From contig BJGV01000001.1 in assembly GCA_014190895.1 (NCBI GenBank), positions 113,845 through 177,844 on the forward strand: a DNA stretch of 64,000 nucleotides, given 5' to 3'. This document shows positions 11,845 to 22,160 of the stretch, one piece after another (positions within the stretch are counted from its first letter, which is position 1; the number at the start of each line of letters is the position of its first letter). Source of the stretch: Nitrosomonadaceae bacterium (GTDB lineage: Bacteria; Pseudomonadota; Gammaproteobacteria; Burkholderiales; Nitrosomonadaceae). The notes under the pieces are model-generated. The model was not told the origin of the DNA. It saw nothing but the letters and a program-made list of their open reading frames with translations, and searched no databases. The translations under genes were made by a program, and so were the position numbers.

Positions 11845-13886
11845 CTCTGACCGGAGCAAGATTGCAGATCATCAGGGGTATTACATGCCTCGTTCTCTCT
11901 GGTTTTATTGCAACAACTGCGTCTTCAGCACCAAGTGCAAAGACGGATGTCCGGTACGACATCACTGTGCGCATTGATCCGGCCTCACGCCGGATTGAAG
12001 GGCGCAGCCTTATCACCGTATCAGCAGCCGGTGAGTTGACGCTGGTACTGGGTCGTCGTTTTGAAGTGACGCATGCCCTGGTCGACGGACTGCCTATGGG
12101 GAGATCTATTTCAAGCACTGTTAATACCCAAGCCTGGTGGATTCCACGCCGCCAGCACGGGCAGCGTCGAATTGAGATTCATTGGAGGGGTGAGCTTGCG
12201 CCAATGGACAGTTCACTCGAACATCGACAGACACTCGGCAGGAGTGAGCCGGCGAGCGGATCAGCAGGTACATTCCTTCCTGATTCCAGTGGCTGGTATC
12301 CACACTTAGTAGGAACACTTCCACGATATCGAGTTAGCCTAGAATTGCCGTCAGGCCAGCGCGGTTTGGTTGCGGGACGTTTGATTGATGAGTCTGAAAC
12401 AACCGAGAGCTATCGTGCGAGTTTCGAATTCCCTTTTCCTTCTGAAGGGATCGATCTTATGGCTGGCCCTTATGCGATCGGGACCGACACAATGCGTGGT
12501 GCGGGTGGTAAGCCGATCCAGATTCGTACTTATTTTCATCCGCAAATTAGGGATCTTGCCAAAAAATATCGTGAAGAGGTAAAGGGTTACATTGAATTTT
12601 ACGAGACATGGATTGGCGAGTACCCATTTACTGAGTTCAGTGTGGTGTCGAGTCCGACACCGACCGGTTTCGGCATGCCAACGCTCACGTATCTCGGTAT
12701 CGAGGTGCTGAGGCTGCCATTCATCCGCGCGACCTCGCTTGGGCATGAGGTACTACACAACTGGTGGGGAAATGGTGTTTATCCAGATTATGCCCATGGA
12801 AATTGGTCCGAGGGCCTAACCACCTTCATGGCGGATTATGCTTACAAGGAGCGAGAAGGGTCGGAAGCTGCGAGAGAGATGCGGGTTGGGTGGTTGCGAG
12901 ACTTTTCCGCGCTAGCATCTGGCCAGGACATGCCATTGACGAAGTTTACCTCGCGCACCCATGGGGCCTCTCAGATCGTCGGCTATAACAAGGCGGCGAT
13001 GGTGTTTCTGATGATGCGTGACTTACTCGGACAAGAGACGTTCGACCGTGCGTTGCAGTTGTTCTGGCATGAGCAGCGCTTTCGTGTCGCTTCTTGGACG
13101 GACTTACAGCGTGCATTTGAAACAGTATCGGGGCGAGATCTGAGGATATTTTTTAAACAGTGGCTGACACGTTCGGGTGCACCGGTTGTGCGTATTACAG
13201 AAGCGGTACGTACATATTCCGACTCAAGCCACAGAGTGAGCATCACGCTGGAGCAATCGGAACCTATCTACCAGTTACGTGTGCCGATTGGGCTACGTAC
13301 TGAAGAGGGGGAGGAGGTCCGAATGCTCGATCTGGAGCAAAAGCGTCAGACCTTTACACTGGAAGTTCCGGCACGGCCGATCGAAGTTACGCTCGATCCA
13401 GGGTTGCGTTTATTCCGGCAATTAATGCCCCAAGAGGCCCCCCCTATTTTGCGTCAAGTCATGGTAGACGAGACGGTGGTATCCGTCCTGCTACCAGAGA
13501 CCGGTGAGGCATATGCCGCAGCCGAGTTACTTGCAACAAAACTACAGAACCATTCCCTAAGAATATTTTCAGCGACGAATGCCCTGCCGACTGTGTCGAT
13601 GCTGGTGATAGGTCTGCATGATCAGATCGATGCGTGGCTTGCTCGCCGGCAGTTACCCTTACGCCCAGGGATTGTCCAGGGAAAGGGTTCGGCACAGGCT
13701 TGGACGGTAAGTCGCCCGGGAGGGGCGACAGTCACGCTCGTGTCTGCTCGCGATGTCGCTGCGCTCACCGCTTTGGCGCGTCCGCTGCCGCATTACGGTC
13801 GACAGAGTTATGTTGTCTTCGAGGATGCAAAGATGATTGAGCGTGGCATCTGGCCGATGCGTATGCAAGTAATAAAGATTGACTAA
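11841..13886 (+). CDS. secreted M1-family (gluzincin) zinc metallopeptidase-like protein
   Basis: HEVLHNWWGN followed by NWSEGLTTF gives the HExxH-x18-E zinc site, resembling PepN HEYFHNWTGN...KEGLTVF. The N-terminus has a signal-like segment (CLVLSGFIATTASSA/PSA). The GTG start overlaps the upstream stop (GTGA). Confidence 0.8.
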   Translation: MTLTGARLQIIRGITCLVLSGFIATTASSAPSAKTDVRYDITVRIDPASRRIEGRSLITVSAAGELTLVLGRRFEVTHALVDGLPMGRSISSTVNTQAWWIPRRQHGQRRIEIHWRGELAPMDSSLEHRQTLGRSEPASGSAGTFLPDSSGWYPHLVGTLPRYRVSLELPSGQRGLVAGRLIDESETTESYRASFEFPFPSEGIDLMAGPYAIGTDTMRGAGGKPIQIRTYFHPQIRDLAKKYREEVKGYIEFYETWIGEYPFTEFSVVSSPTPTGFGMPTLTYLGIEVLRLPFIRATSLGHEVLHNWWGNGVYPDYAHGNWSEGLTTFMADYAYKEREGSEAAREMRVGWLRDFSALASGQDMPLTKFTSRTHGASQIVGYNKAAMVFLMMRDLLGQETFDRALQLFWHEQRFRVASWTDLQRAFETVSGRDLRIFFKQWLTRSGAPVVRITEAVRTYSDSSHRVSITLEQSEPIYQLRVPIGLRTEEGEEVRMLDLEQKRQTFTLEVPARPIEVTLDPGLRLFRQLMPQEAPPILRQVMVDETVVSVLLPETGEAYAAAELLATKLQNHSLRIFSATNALPTVSMLVIGLHDQIDAWLARRQLPLRPGIVQGKGSAQAWTVSRPGGATVTLVSARDVAALTALARPLPHYGRQSYVVFEDAKMIERGIWPMRMQVIKID

Positions 13887-14026
13887 GGATGAAATAGAAA
13901 GAGGTAGAAGGGTTCGGATGGTCAAGCCTTCTGCCTGCCAGATTTAGATGAATGGCTTTTTTGCTTTTTCCGTTTCTGGGGTAGTTTTTTTGTTAGAATA
14001 CGCTTTTAATTTAGCGGAGTATCTCG

Positions 14027-14455
14027 ATGGGTGTTGAAAGAACTTTATCTATTATCAAGCCGGATGCAGTTGCAAAGGGTGTGATCGGACAAATTTACTC
14101 TCGTTTTGAGAGTAATGGTCTGAAAATCATTGCCGCTCGTATGCTGCATCTCTCTCAAGCTGAGGCTGAGGGGTTTTACGCGGTACATCGCAGCCGTCCA
14201 TTCTTTAATGATCTTGTGAAGTTCATGATTTCTGGACCGGTAATGGTACAGGCGCTCGAGGGTGAGGATGCGATTAAAAAAAATCGTGATCTGATGGGTG
14301 CAACTGATCCAAAAAAAGCTGAGAAAGGAACCATTCGTTCAGATTTTGCCGATAGCATAGATGCCAATGCTGTACATGGATCCGATGCCCCGGAGGCCGC
14401 GGCGATCGAAATTGCTTACTTCTTCCCCGCGCTGAACATTTATTCCGGCAGATAA
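14027..14455 (+). CDS. ndk: nucleoside-diphosphate kinase
   Basis: 142 aa. [12 protein letters not shown] and NAVHGSD (catalytic His) are present. Confidence 0.95.
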   Translation: MGVERTLSIIKPDAVAKGVIGQIYSRFESNGLKIIAARMLHLSQAEAEGFYAVHRSRPFFNDLVKFMISGPVMVQALEGEDAIKKNRDLMGATDPKKAEKGTIRSDFADSIDANAVHGSDAPEAAAIEIAYFFPALNIYSGR

Positions 14456-14474
14456 TGAGCCGTGTCTCAACACC

Positions 14475-15590
14475 ATGACGGTCAATCTGCTTGATTTTGG
14501 TGCGGGAAGTCTTGCCGATTTCTGTGTAGAAATTGGAGAAAAACCATTTCGCGCTAGGCAGTTGCTACGTTGGATTCATCAGTCTGGTGTGTCAGACGTT
14601 ACGAGTATGAGTGATCTGGCGAAGGCTTTGCGGGAAAAGCTTGCTGCGACTTCGGTGATCGAACCGCCTCGAGTTATTAGTGATCATACCGCCAGCGATC
14701 AGACCCGTAAGTGGTTGTTATCAGTGGGTGCGGGTAATGGCATCGAGATGGTCTTTATCCCTGAAGCCAACCGAGGTACCTTGTGTATTTCTAGCCAGGT
14801 AGGTTGTGCCCTAGAATGTTCTTTCTGTTCCACCGGTAAGCAAGGTTTCAATCGTAATTTAACGGTGGCGGAAATTGTCGGCCAACTATGGTTGGCAAAC
14901 AATGCGGTGAGGGAGAGCTCTTGCAGCCTAGAGGCACAGACGGTTTTAGATGGGAATGAGGTAACTCAATCTAGCACACGCAGTCGCGCCATCAGTAATG
15001 TGGTATTTATGGGTATGGGCGAGCCGCTGGCTAATTTTGAGAATGTAGTTGCGGCCCTTGATCTGATGTTAGACGATAACGCATACGGGCTGTCGCGTAG
15101 ACGTGTAACGGTGAGTACATCTGGTCTGATTCCGGCCATGGATCGATTGCGAGAACGTTGTCCGGTAGCCTTAGCTGTATCGTTGCACGCACCTAATGAT
15201 GCATTACGAGATCAACTGGTACCAATCAACAAAAAATATCCAATTAAGCAACTACTGGCAGCATGTCAACGTTATCTTAAATCCGCACCGAGAGATTTCA
15301 TAACTTTTGAGTATGTTATGTTAGACGGAATAAATGACAGCATAGTCCATGCGCGCGAATTGGTAGAATTGGTACGAGAAACATCTTGTAAATTTAACTT
15401 GATTCCATTTAATTCATTTTCTGGATCAGGTTATAGGCGCTCATCATCTGAGTCAATTCGCTGCTTCCGAGACGTGTTGATGCAAGCAGGTTTGGTAGCG
15501 ACAGTTCGTAAAACCCGTGGAGATGATATTGCAGCCGCTTGTGGACAGCTTGCAGGGAAAGTATTAGACAAGACTAATCGAAAAAAATGA
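14475..15590 (+). CDS. rlmN: 23S rRNA/tRNA adenine-C2 methyltransferase, radical SAM
   Basis: 371 aa with the radical-[11 protein letters not shown] (Cx3Cx2C). It occupies the conserved ndk-rlmN position. Confidence 0.95.
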   Translation: MTVNLLDFGAGSLADFCVEIGEKPFRARQLLRWIHQSGVSDVTSMSDLAKALREKLAATSVIEPPRVISDHTASDQTRKWLLSVGAGNGIEMVFIPEANRGTLCISSQVGCALECSFCSTGKQGFNRNLTVAEIVGQLWLANNAVRESSCSLEAQTVLDGNEVTQSSTRSRAISNVVFMGMGEPLANFENVVAALDLMLDDNAYGLSRRRVTVSTSGLIPAMDRLRERCPVALAVSLHAPNDALRDQLVPINKKYPIKQLLAACQRYLKSAPRDFITFEYVMLDGINDSIVHARELVELVRETSCKFNLIPFNSFSGSGYRRSSSESIRCFRDVLMQAGLVATVRKTRGDDIAAACGQLAGKVLDKTNRKK

Positions 15591-15849
15591 CGCAACGAGG
15601 GTTTGGCATATTGAAATAAGATCTAACATTTTTTGATGATATTTTTTTCTAGTTAGAGCAGAAAATTTTCAAATGAAATCAATATATGATTTATGCAAGT
15701 TCTTTCTGATAATTGTGAACGTTACAAGCGTTCAGTTAGTTTACAATAGCAAGACAGTAAATTTGACACCGCATAAAAATAAATACAGGGGAGTGGGGTG
15801 TTTACCACTCGAATAGATTCTTTACGGCTATAAAGTTTTTATATCTATC

Positions 15850-17100
15850 ATGACTATATCTCAGAATAATAACATTATGAAACGCCGTAACAGTATTGGC
15901 GTTAAAGTTGGCTCGGTCATTGTTGGTGGCGGTGCCCCAGTGGTGGTTCAATCCATGACCAATACTGATACAGAAAATGAAATGGCTACTACAGTGCAAG
16001 TTTCCCAGCTTGCGCGTGCAGGATCGGAGATGGTTCGCATAACAGTCAATACCCCGGCAGCGGCAAAATTAGTCTCATCTATCCGTATGCGCCTCGATGA
16101 CATGGACTGCCACGTTCCACTGGTAGGCGATTTTCATTTTAACGGACATAAATTATTGACCGAATACCCAGATTGTGCAAAAGCTTTAGCTAAGTACCGT
16201 ATCAATCCTGGTAACGTAGGACATGGCAGAAAGCGTGATGAGCAGTTTGCCACCATGATAGAGACGGCTTGTAAATTTGATAAACCAGTACGGATTGGCG
16301 TTAATTGGGGTAGCTTGGATCCAGAACTTTTAGTGCGCATCATGGATAAGAACGCGGCATCCCTTGATCCGAAAGATGCTGGGCATGTGATGCGTGAAGC
16401 TTTGATCACTTCAGCATTGGAAAGCGCTACTAAAGCAGAAGAGATAGGATTAAATCACAATCAGATTATTTTATCTTGTAAGGTAAGTGGGGTACAGGAT
16501 CTAATCGCAGTTTATCGTGATTTGGCGGCATGTTGTGATTATGCGTTGCACTTAGGATTAACCGAAGCTGGCATGGGATCTAAAGGGATTGTTGCTTCTA
16601 CCGCAGCTTTATCAGTGTTATTGCAGGAGGGTATCGGTGACACCATTCGTATATCGCTTACGCCAGAGCCAGGTGGAGACCGTACTAGAGAAGTGGTAGT
16701 AGCCCAAGAAATTTTGCAGACGATGGGATTACGAGCATTTTCGCCGTTAGTAGCAGCTTGTCCAGGTTGTGGCCGTACCACCAGTACTTACTTTCAGGAG
16801 CTTGCAGAGAGTATTCAAAACTATGTGCGTGATCAAATGATAGTGTGGCGCACCCAGTATGATGGCGTCGAAAACATGACGTTGGCAGTGATGGGTTGTG
16901 TGGTGAATGGTCCAGGGGAAAGTAAGCATGCCAATATTGGCATTAGTTTGCCCGGCTCTGGAGAAAGACCGGTGGCACCAGTTTATGTAGATGGACAGAA
17001 ATCTGTAACATTGAAGGGTGATAATATCGCTGGCGAGTTCCGCCAGATTGTTGATGAGTATGTTCAGACAAGATATCCAAAGAAAGTAGTTAATGGCTAA
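15850..17100 (+). CDS. ispG: 4-hydroxy-3-methylbut-2-enyl diphosphate synthase (flavodoxin)
   Basis: [21 protein letters not shown] and GCVVNGPGE are present. The start could instead be the Met 9 codons downstream. Confidence 0.95.
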   Translation: MTISQNNNIMKRRNSIGVKVGSVIVGGGAPVVVQSMTNTDTENEMATTVQVSQLARAGSEMVRITVNTPAAAKLVSSIRMRLDDMDCHVPLVGDFHFNGHKLLTEYPDCAKALAKYRINPGNVGHGRKRDEQFATMIETACKFDKPVRIGVNWGSLDPELLVRIMDKNAASLDPKDAGHVMREALITSALESATKAEEIGLNHNQIILSCKVSGVQDLIAVYRDLAACCDYALHLGLTEAGMGSKGIVASTAALSVLLQEGIGDTIRISLTPEPGGDRTREVVVAQEILQTMGLRAFSPLVAACPGCGRTTSTYFQELAESIQNYVRDQMIVWRTQYDGVENMTLAVMGCVVNGPGESKHANIGISLPGSGERPVAPVYVDGQKSVTLKGDNIAGEFRQIVDEYVQTRYPKKVVNG

Positions 17101-18355
17101 AATTATTCAGGCCATTCGTGGAATGAACGATATTTTGCCCAACCAAACATATCTTTGGGAATTTTTTGAGCAAACTGTGCGTGAATGGATGGCAACCTAC
17201 GGCTATTGTAATATTCGGTTACCTATTATCGAACGAACCGATTTGTTTGTACGCTCTATTGGGGCAGTGACTGATATCGTTGAGAAGGAGATGTATACCT
17301 TTGTCGATCATCTCAATGGTGATAGCTTAACTTTGCGTCCAGAAGGAACCGCTTCTTGTGTACGTGCGGTATTGGAACATAATCTATTGTATACCGGACC
17401 ACAGAAATTGTATTACTCGGGACCAATGTTTCGTCATGAACGTCCGCAAAAGGGACGTTATCGTCAGTTCCACCAAGTAGGTGTAGAGGCATTAGGGTAT
17501 GCTGGACCAGATGTTGATGTTGAGTTGATTGTCATGTGTGCAGAGTTATGGGATAGATTAGGTATTTCCAATGTACATCTCGAAATCGGTACACTCGGTA
17601 GCGTTGAATCCCGTACTTTATATCAATCGAAGTTAATTGGGTATCTAGAGCAACATTTGAGTGAGCTTGATGAGGATGCCCAAAGACGTTTATATCGTAA
17701 TCCACTTAGGATACTTGACAGTAAAAATCCTCAAATGCAACATATCGTTGATGGTGCCCCAAAGTTGCTGGATAATTTAGATGATGATGCATTAAGACAT
17801 TTTGAACAATTGCAGCACATGTTACATAGTGAGGGGATTAATTTTAAAATTAATCCGCGGTTAGTAAGAGGTTTAGATTACTACAATCGTACCGTATTTG
17901 AATGGGTTACTGATGAACTTGGTGCACAAGGTACGATATGTGCCGGTGGACGTTATGATGGATTAATAGAACAGATTGGCGGCAAATCAACACCGGCTTG
18001 TGGTTTTGCTATGGGCGTAGAGCGCCTATTATTATTGGTGCTGGGAAATAATAAGGAAATACCGAATCCAGTTCCCGATGCTTATGTAGTACATCAGGGC
18101 GAGATTGCAAAAAAATTTGCTTGGAAGAGTGCAAGGTATTTGCGTTACCATGGGGTTAAAATTATTCTACATTGTGGCGGTGGTAACTTTAAAGTACAAA
18201 TGAAAAAAGCTGATGCCAGCGGCGCACGTTTTGCTGTGATTATTGGTGATCATGAAGCAGAAACGGAGATAATTAGTATCAAACCATTACGTGAAAAAGC
18301 AGAGCAGGTGAGTGTGGGACTGTTAGAAGCGGTAGTGTTACTTAAAAATATATAA
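17093..18355 (+). CDS. hisS: histidine--tRNA ligase
   Basis: Class II aaRS motifs are present ([24 protein letters not shown]). It overlaps ispG by 8 nt. Confidence 0.95.
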   Translation: MAKIIQAIRGMNDILPNQTYLWEFFEQTVREWMATYGYCNIRLPIIERTDLFVRSIGAVTDIVEKEMYTFVDHLNGDSLTLRPEGTASCVRAVLEHNLLYTGPQKLYYSGPMFRHERPQKGRYRQFHQVGVEALGYAGPDVDVELIVMCAELWDRLGISNVHLEIGTLGSVESRTLYQSKLIGYLEQHLSELDEDAQRRLYRNPLRILDSKNPQMQHIVDGAPKLLDNLDDDALRHFEQLQHMLHSEGINFKINPRLVRGLDYYNRTVFEWVTDELGAQGTICAGGRYDGLIEQIGGKSTPACGFAMGVERLLLLVLGNNKEIPNPVPDAYVVHQGEIAKKFAWKSARYLRYHGVKIILHCGGGNFKVQMKKADASGARFAVIIGDHEAETEIISIKPLREKAEQVSVGLLEAVVLLKNI

Positions 18356-18396
18356 ATAAGAGATGCTTTTTTTAATTTACGTTTATTTGGAAAAAA

Positions 18397-19038
18397 ATGG
18401 CAACATATGATTTAGAAGAACAGGAAAAAATAGACGAGCTTAAGTCTTGGTGGGAAGTTTACGGCACGCTGGTCATTGTGATAGCAGCAATCTGTATTGC
18501 TGGTGTATTTGGAACGCAGTTATGGAATCATTATCAGAAGCAGCAGAGCCAACAAGCAGCCGAGTTATTTATCTCCCTTCAACAAATTGAATTAAGTAAA
18601 GATCCAAAAAAAATTGGAGACGCTGCTCGCTTGTTAATGGAAGGTTTTTCTGACAGTGGTTTTGCATCTCGTGCCGCTATGATTGCGGCATATGCGAATG
18701 TTGATATAGATGATACACAAAATACCAGAGGCTTCCTGCAGTGGGTGCTAGATAACTCTAAAGAAAATGAATTGAGAGATCTTGCGCGACTCCGGTTAGT
18801 TAGTTTATTGCTAGATCAAAAAAGACATGATGAAGCATTAAAATTATTAGGGAACGAACATGCCGAGTCTTTTGATGGTCTTTATGAAGATTTGAAAGGT
18901 GATATCTTTACTGCTAAGGGAAATATTCCAGAAGCTCGTGTTGCCTACCAAATAGCGATTAATAAGATAGGTATCAAGAGTGGTTATCGTAATATTATTC
19001 AAATGAAGCTCGATGCTCTAATAGTACTTAAGCAATAA
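18397..19038 (+). CDS. YfgM-like TPR membrane protein (ancillary SecYEG translocon subunit family)
   Basis: 213 aa with one N-terminal TM (LVIVIAAICIAGVF) and a TPR-like remainder. It occupies the conserved hisS-yfgM-bamB position. Confidence 0.7.
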   Translation: MATYDLEEQEKIDELKSWWEVYGTLVIVIAAICIAGVFGTQLWNHYQKQQSQQAAELFISLQQIELSKDPKKIGDAARLLMEGFSDSGFASRAAMIAAYANVDIDDTQNTRGFLQWVLDNSKENELRDLARLRLVSLLLDQKRHDEALKLLGNEHAESFDGLYEDLKGDIFTAKGNIPEARVAYQIAINKIGIKSGYRNIIQMKLDALIVLKQ

Positions 19039-19073
19039 CCATACAGAAATTATATTCAGAATTTCTAGAGATT

Positions 19074-20654
19074 ATGCTGAAATATGTTTTTCTAATACCT
19101 GTGCTACTAGCATCTGTCGGATGTGCCGGCATTGTGAATCCGTTCGCTAACAAAGAAAGCAAGATTAGCGAATCAATGCCCATCAAATCTGAAAACAAGA
19201 ATGCTCAAGTCGATAAGGAAATAGTTGTTAATTCTGGTAACGAGATCCCCGATATTAAGAAAGATAATTTCCCGTTAAAAGTAGTTACGGGTACATCTCT
19301 ATTATGGAAGAACATAATTGGCTCAGAAATAATAGAAAAGTTCTCGACACGCGAAATTGTTGATGACGTACTCGCACTTTCTCTCGCTATAGGTAAGAAT
19401 AAAGATGTGATAACGACGCTCTCACCAGCGTCTAATAAAGGCGAGGTTTATGCTGCTTACACAAATGGGCAGCTTGCTTGTTTCGATTCTGTTACGGGTA
19501 GTCAACTATGGAGTATTAATACTCAGCATAAATTATCTGGCGGCGTAGGTATAAGTGAGGAAATGTTATTAGTTGGTACTTTCAAGGGAGAAATTCTAGC
19601 ATACGATAAGAAAGGAAAATTTTTATGGGAAGCATCAGTACCTAGCGAGGTTCTAAGCCAACCACAAGTAGACCGGAATATAGTAGTGGTGCGTACTACG
19701 GATAATAAGATCTATGCTTTAGATGCTACTAGCGGGAAGCGTATGTGGATTTATCAAGGTCCTAGTCTACCATTAACTGTGCGTAGTTCTGCGGGTGTGT
19801 TGGTTATAGGTGGCGGGGTATTCGCTGGATTTTCTGGAGGTAAACTGGTCGCAATAAATCTATCTAACGGCGGTTTAGTATGGGAGGCATCAGTATCTAA
19901 ACCCCGCGGTGTGACGGAACTGGAGCGCATGGTAGATATAACCAGCTTACCAGTGATTGATAATCGACAGATATGTGCCGTGGCTTACAGAGGCCGCGTT
20001 GCTTGCTTTGATATAGCTAATGGCAATAATATTTGGGGGCGAGATATATCCAGCAGTGCTGGTCTAGCCATGGATAGCAAGCATGTTTATGTGAGCGATG
20101 ATGATGGTTCGGTAGTAGCCTATAATAAAGAAAGTGGAACTAAAATATGGAAAAAAGATATACCCAAAGTAGAGCCGCCTAAAAATTTTGGCATTACTTG
20201 GATAACTACGGGCGGTGATCGTGTTGGCAAAGTAGACCCTTTTGGCGGTAAAGATAAGAAGATGACCTCTAGTTTTTGGAGCTTTTTTACGGGAAATAGT
20301 GATTCAGAGACCGCAGATACAGATAAAAAGAAAGATAAAAAGAAAGATAAAAGTAGAAATACCAGACCAGACCTGCGAGCAGGTAATTCCATAATAGGTG
20401 ATTTTTTTACAACAACTTTAGATTCAAGTAGCAAAAATAGTATTCGTAATAAATTATCCGCACCTCTCGTTCATGATGTTCAGGTAGTGGTTGGTGATTC
20501 TCAGGGAAACGTGACCTTTCTTAAGAATGAAGATGGTACTATTATTTCTCAGTTCGTCACTGACGGAGCCCCCATTCTTGCCCGTCCAGAGTATTTGTCT
20601 AATGGTATCTTAGTGCAAACTATTAAAGGTGGGCTCTACGCATTTGGTATGTGA
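19074..20654 (+). CDS. bamB: outer membrane protein assembly factor BamB (PQQ-like beta-propeller lipoprotein) with large insertion
   Basis: Lipoprotein-like N-terminus (LLASVGC). Repeated propeller blade signatures are present (G.v.a.d...G...W). The C-terminus VVVGDSQGNVTFLKNEDGTIISQ resembles E. coli VVGDSEGYLHWINVEDGRFVAQ. At 526 aa it is longer than the usual length of about 390. Confidence 0.8.
   Translation: MLKYVFLIPVLLASVGCAGIVNPFANKESKISESMPIKSENKNAQVDKEIVVNSGNEIPDIKKDNFPLKVVTGTSLLWKNIIGSEIIEKFSTREIVDDVLALSLAIGKNKDVITTLSPASNKGEVYAAYTNGQLACFDSVTGSQLWSINTQHKLSGGVGISEEMLLVGTFKGEILAYDKKGKFLWEASVPSEVLSQPQVDRNIVVVRTTDNKIYALDATSGKRMWIYQGPSLPLTVRSSAGVLVIGGGVFAGFSGGKLVAINLSNGGLVWEASVSKPRGVTELERMVDITSLPVIDNRQICAVAYRGRVACFDIANGNNIWGRDISSSAGLAMDSKHVYVSDDDGSVVAYNKESGTKIWKKDIPKVEPPKNFGITWITTGGDRVGKVDPFGGKDKKMTSSFWSFFTGNSDSETADTDKKKDKKKDKSRNTRPDLRAGNSIIGDFFTTTLDSSSKNSIRNKLSAPLVHDVQVVVGDSQGNVTFLKNEDGTIISQFVTDGAPILARPEYLSNGILVQTIKGGLYAFGM
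20322..20354 (+). repeat. 12-nt coding tandem repeat (about 2.7 copies) inside the bamB insertion
   Basis: GATAAAAAGAAA, GATAAAAAGAAA, GATAAAAGT encodes DKKKDKKKDKS. Confidence 0.9.
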
Positions 20655-20756
20655 CAGTGATATAACCAGAATAAATCTGCTCACTATAAGAATCCTGATC
20701 CCCTTCGCTGGAAAAAGCGGGTGTATGGATGTTTTGCATAACGAGAATTCTAAATT

Positions 20757-22160
20757 ATGAAACCGATCCTTGTTTTAATTGGACGACCTAATGTTGGTAA
20801 ATCCACCCTCTTTAATCGTCTCACCCGAAGTCGTGATGCGATTGTTGCAGATATTCCAGGTTTGACGAGAGACCGGCATTATGGGCATGGGAGACTAGGT
20901 GGAAAACCACATTTAGTGGTAGATACTGGTGGTTTTGAGCCGGCCGTTAAAGACGGTATTCTCCTTGAGATGGCTAAGCAAACGTTACAAGCGGCAGATG
21001 AGTCTGATGTTATATTATTCATCGTGGATGGTCGACAAGGTCTAACATCGCAAGACAAAATAATCGCTGAACAACTCAGGAAGATCGGACGTAAGATTTT
21101 TCTTGTTGTCAATAAAACTGAAGGCATGGCAACTTCTGTTGTAACCGCTGAGTTTCATGCGTTAGGTCTAGGGGAACCTTGTGCTATTTCTGCTGTTCAT
21201 GGTGATAACATCAATGATTTAATGGAATTAGTATTGTTAAATTTCCCAGAAAAACAAACAGGGGAGAAAGAAGATCAACATCCAAAAATTGCCATTGTAG
21301 GACGACCTAATGTTGGTAAATCGACATTAGTGAATATGCTATTGGGTGAAGAGCGCGTAATTGCATTTAATGAGCCCGGAACTACTCGTGATAGTATTTA
21401 TATCAATTTCGAGCGTCATGATCGGCACTATACTTTAATTGACACTGCTGGTTTACGTCGTCGTGGGAAGGTTCTAGAGGTTATTGAAAAATTCTCAGTA
21501 GTGAGAACACTACAAGCTATTGAAGACGCTAACGTAGTGATATTAGTGCTAGATGCCAGGAATGAAATTTCGGATCAGGATGCACATATTGCTGGATTTA
21601 TTATCGAAACCGGATGCGCATTAGTTCTAGTAGTAAATAAATGGGATGGCTTGGATGATTATCAGCGCGCCACCATTAAGCGTGAAATTTTCAGAAAGCT
21701 TGCTTTTCTTTTGAGTTTTACAAAACTTCATTATATTTCAGCATTACGTGGTAGCGGCATGGAAAGACTGCTCCCGTCAGTTGATGCCGCATATGCCGCT
21801 GCAATGATAAAACTGTCCACACCAAGATTGACTCGTGTTCTTTTGGATGCAGTAGAGAAACAAGCGCCACCACGTGTTGGCATGTCCCATCCAAAATTAC
21901 GTTATGCGCATCAAGGCGGTTCTAATCCACCGCTAATTATCATACATGGTAACGCACTTAATCATGTACCCGAAACTTACCGACGTTACTTAGAGAACAC
22001 GTTTCGTATAATTTTTCAGCTTGAAGGCACTCCGCTGAAAGTTGAGTTTAAAACGAGTCATAATCCATATGCTAATAAGAAACCAGCCCCTCTTAGCGAG
22101 GCTGAGGCAAGACGAGCTCATCGTCGTCGTATGTATGGTAGAAAGAAATATGGTTCATAG
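20757..22160 (+). CDS. der: ribosome biogenesis GTPase Der (EngA)
   Basis: Two tandem GTPase domains, each with GRPNVGKST. It has a KH-like C-terminus and a basic tail. Confidence 0.95.
   Translation: MKPILVLIGRPNVGKSTLFNRLTRSRDAIVADIPGLTRDRHYGHGRLGGKPHLVVDTGGFEPAVKDGILLEMAKQTLQAADESDVILFIVDGRQGLTSQDKIIAEQLRKIGRKIFLVVNKTEGMATSVVTAEFHALGLGEPCAISAVHGDNINDLMELVLLNFPEKQTGEKEDQHPKIAIVGRPNVGKSTLVNMLLGEERVIAFNEPGTTRDSIYINFERHDRHYTLIDTAGLRRRGKVLEVIEKFSVVRTLQAIEDANVVILVLDARNEISDQDAHIAGFIIETGCALVLVVNKWDGLDDYQRATIKREIFRKLAFLLSFTKLHYISALRGSGMERLLPSVDAAYAAAMIKLSTPRLTRVLLDAVEKQAPPRVGMSHPKLRYAHQGGSNPPLIIIHGNALNHVPETYRRYLENTFRIIFQLEGTPLKVEFKTSHNPYANKKPAPLSEAEARRAHRRRMYGRKKYGS

Larger units (their letters stand above)
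8520..15200. other. compositionally distinct GC-rich block (3' part of purL through 5' part of rlmN)
   Basis: Hand counts of 60-nt lines give about 27-35% GC at 8341-8520. They give about 60-65% at 8581, 8701 and 8821, about 60% at 12001, and 47-57% at 14881-15180. Beyond the block they give about 38% at 15301 and about 27% at 15361. Confidence 0.6.

Noticed and set aside
11819-13925. Numerous 60-130 aa ORFs on both strands inside the ChaN-like/M1 peptidase genes (e.g. 12351-12746 minus, 12983-13246 minus, 13459-13695 minus, 13634-13840 plus)
   Set aside because: They lie wholly inside longer ORFs that carry clear domain motifs. High GC reduces stop-codon frequency and produces such shadow ORFs. 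Their translations are Arg/Ser/Pro-rich and motif-free.
20120-20434. 104-aa minus-strand ORF antisense to bamB
   Set aside because: It is generated by the low-complexity AAG/GAT repeat region of the bamB insertion. Its translation (FFLSFFLS...) is a mirror-image artefact.
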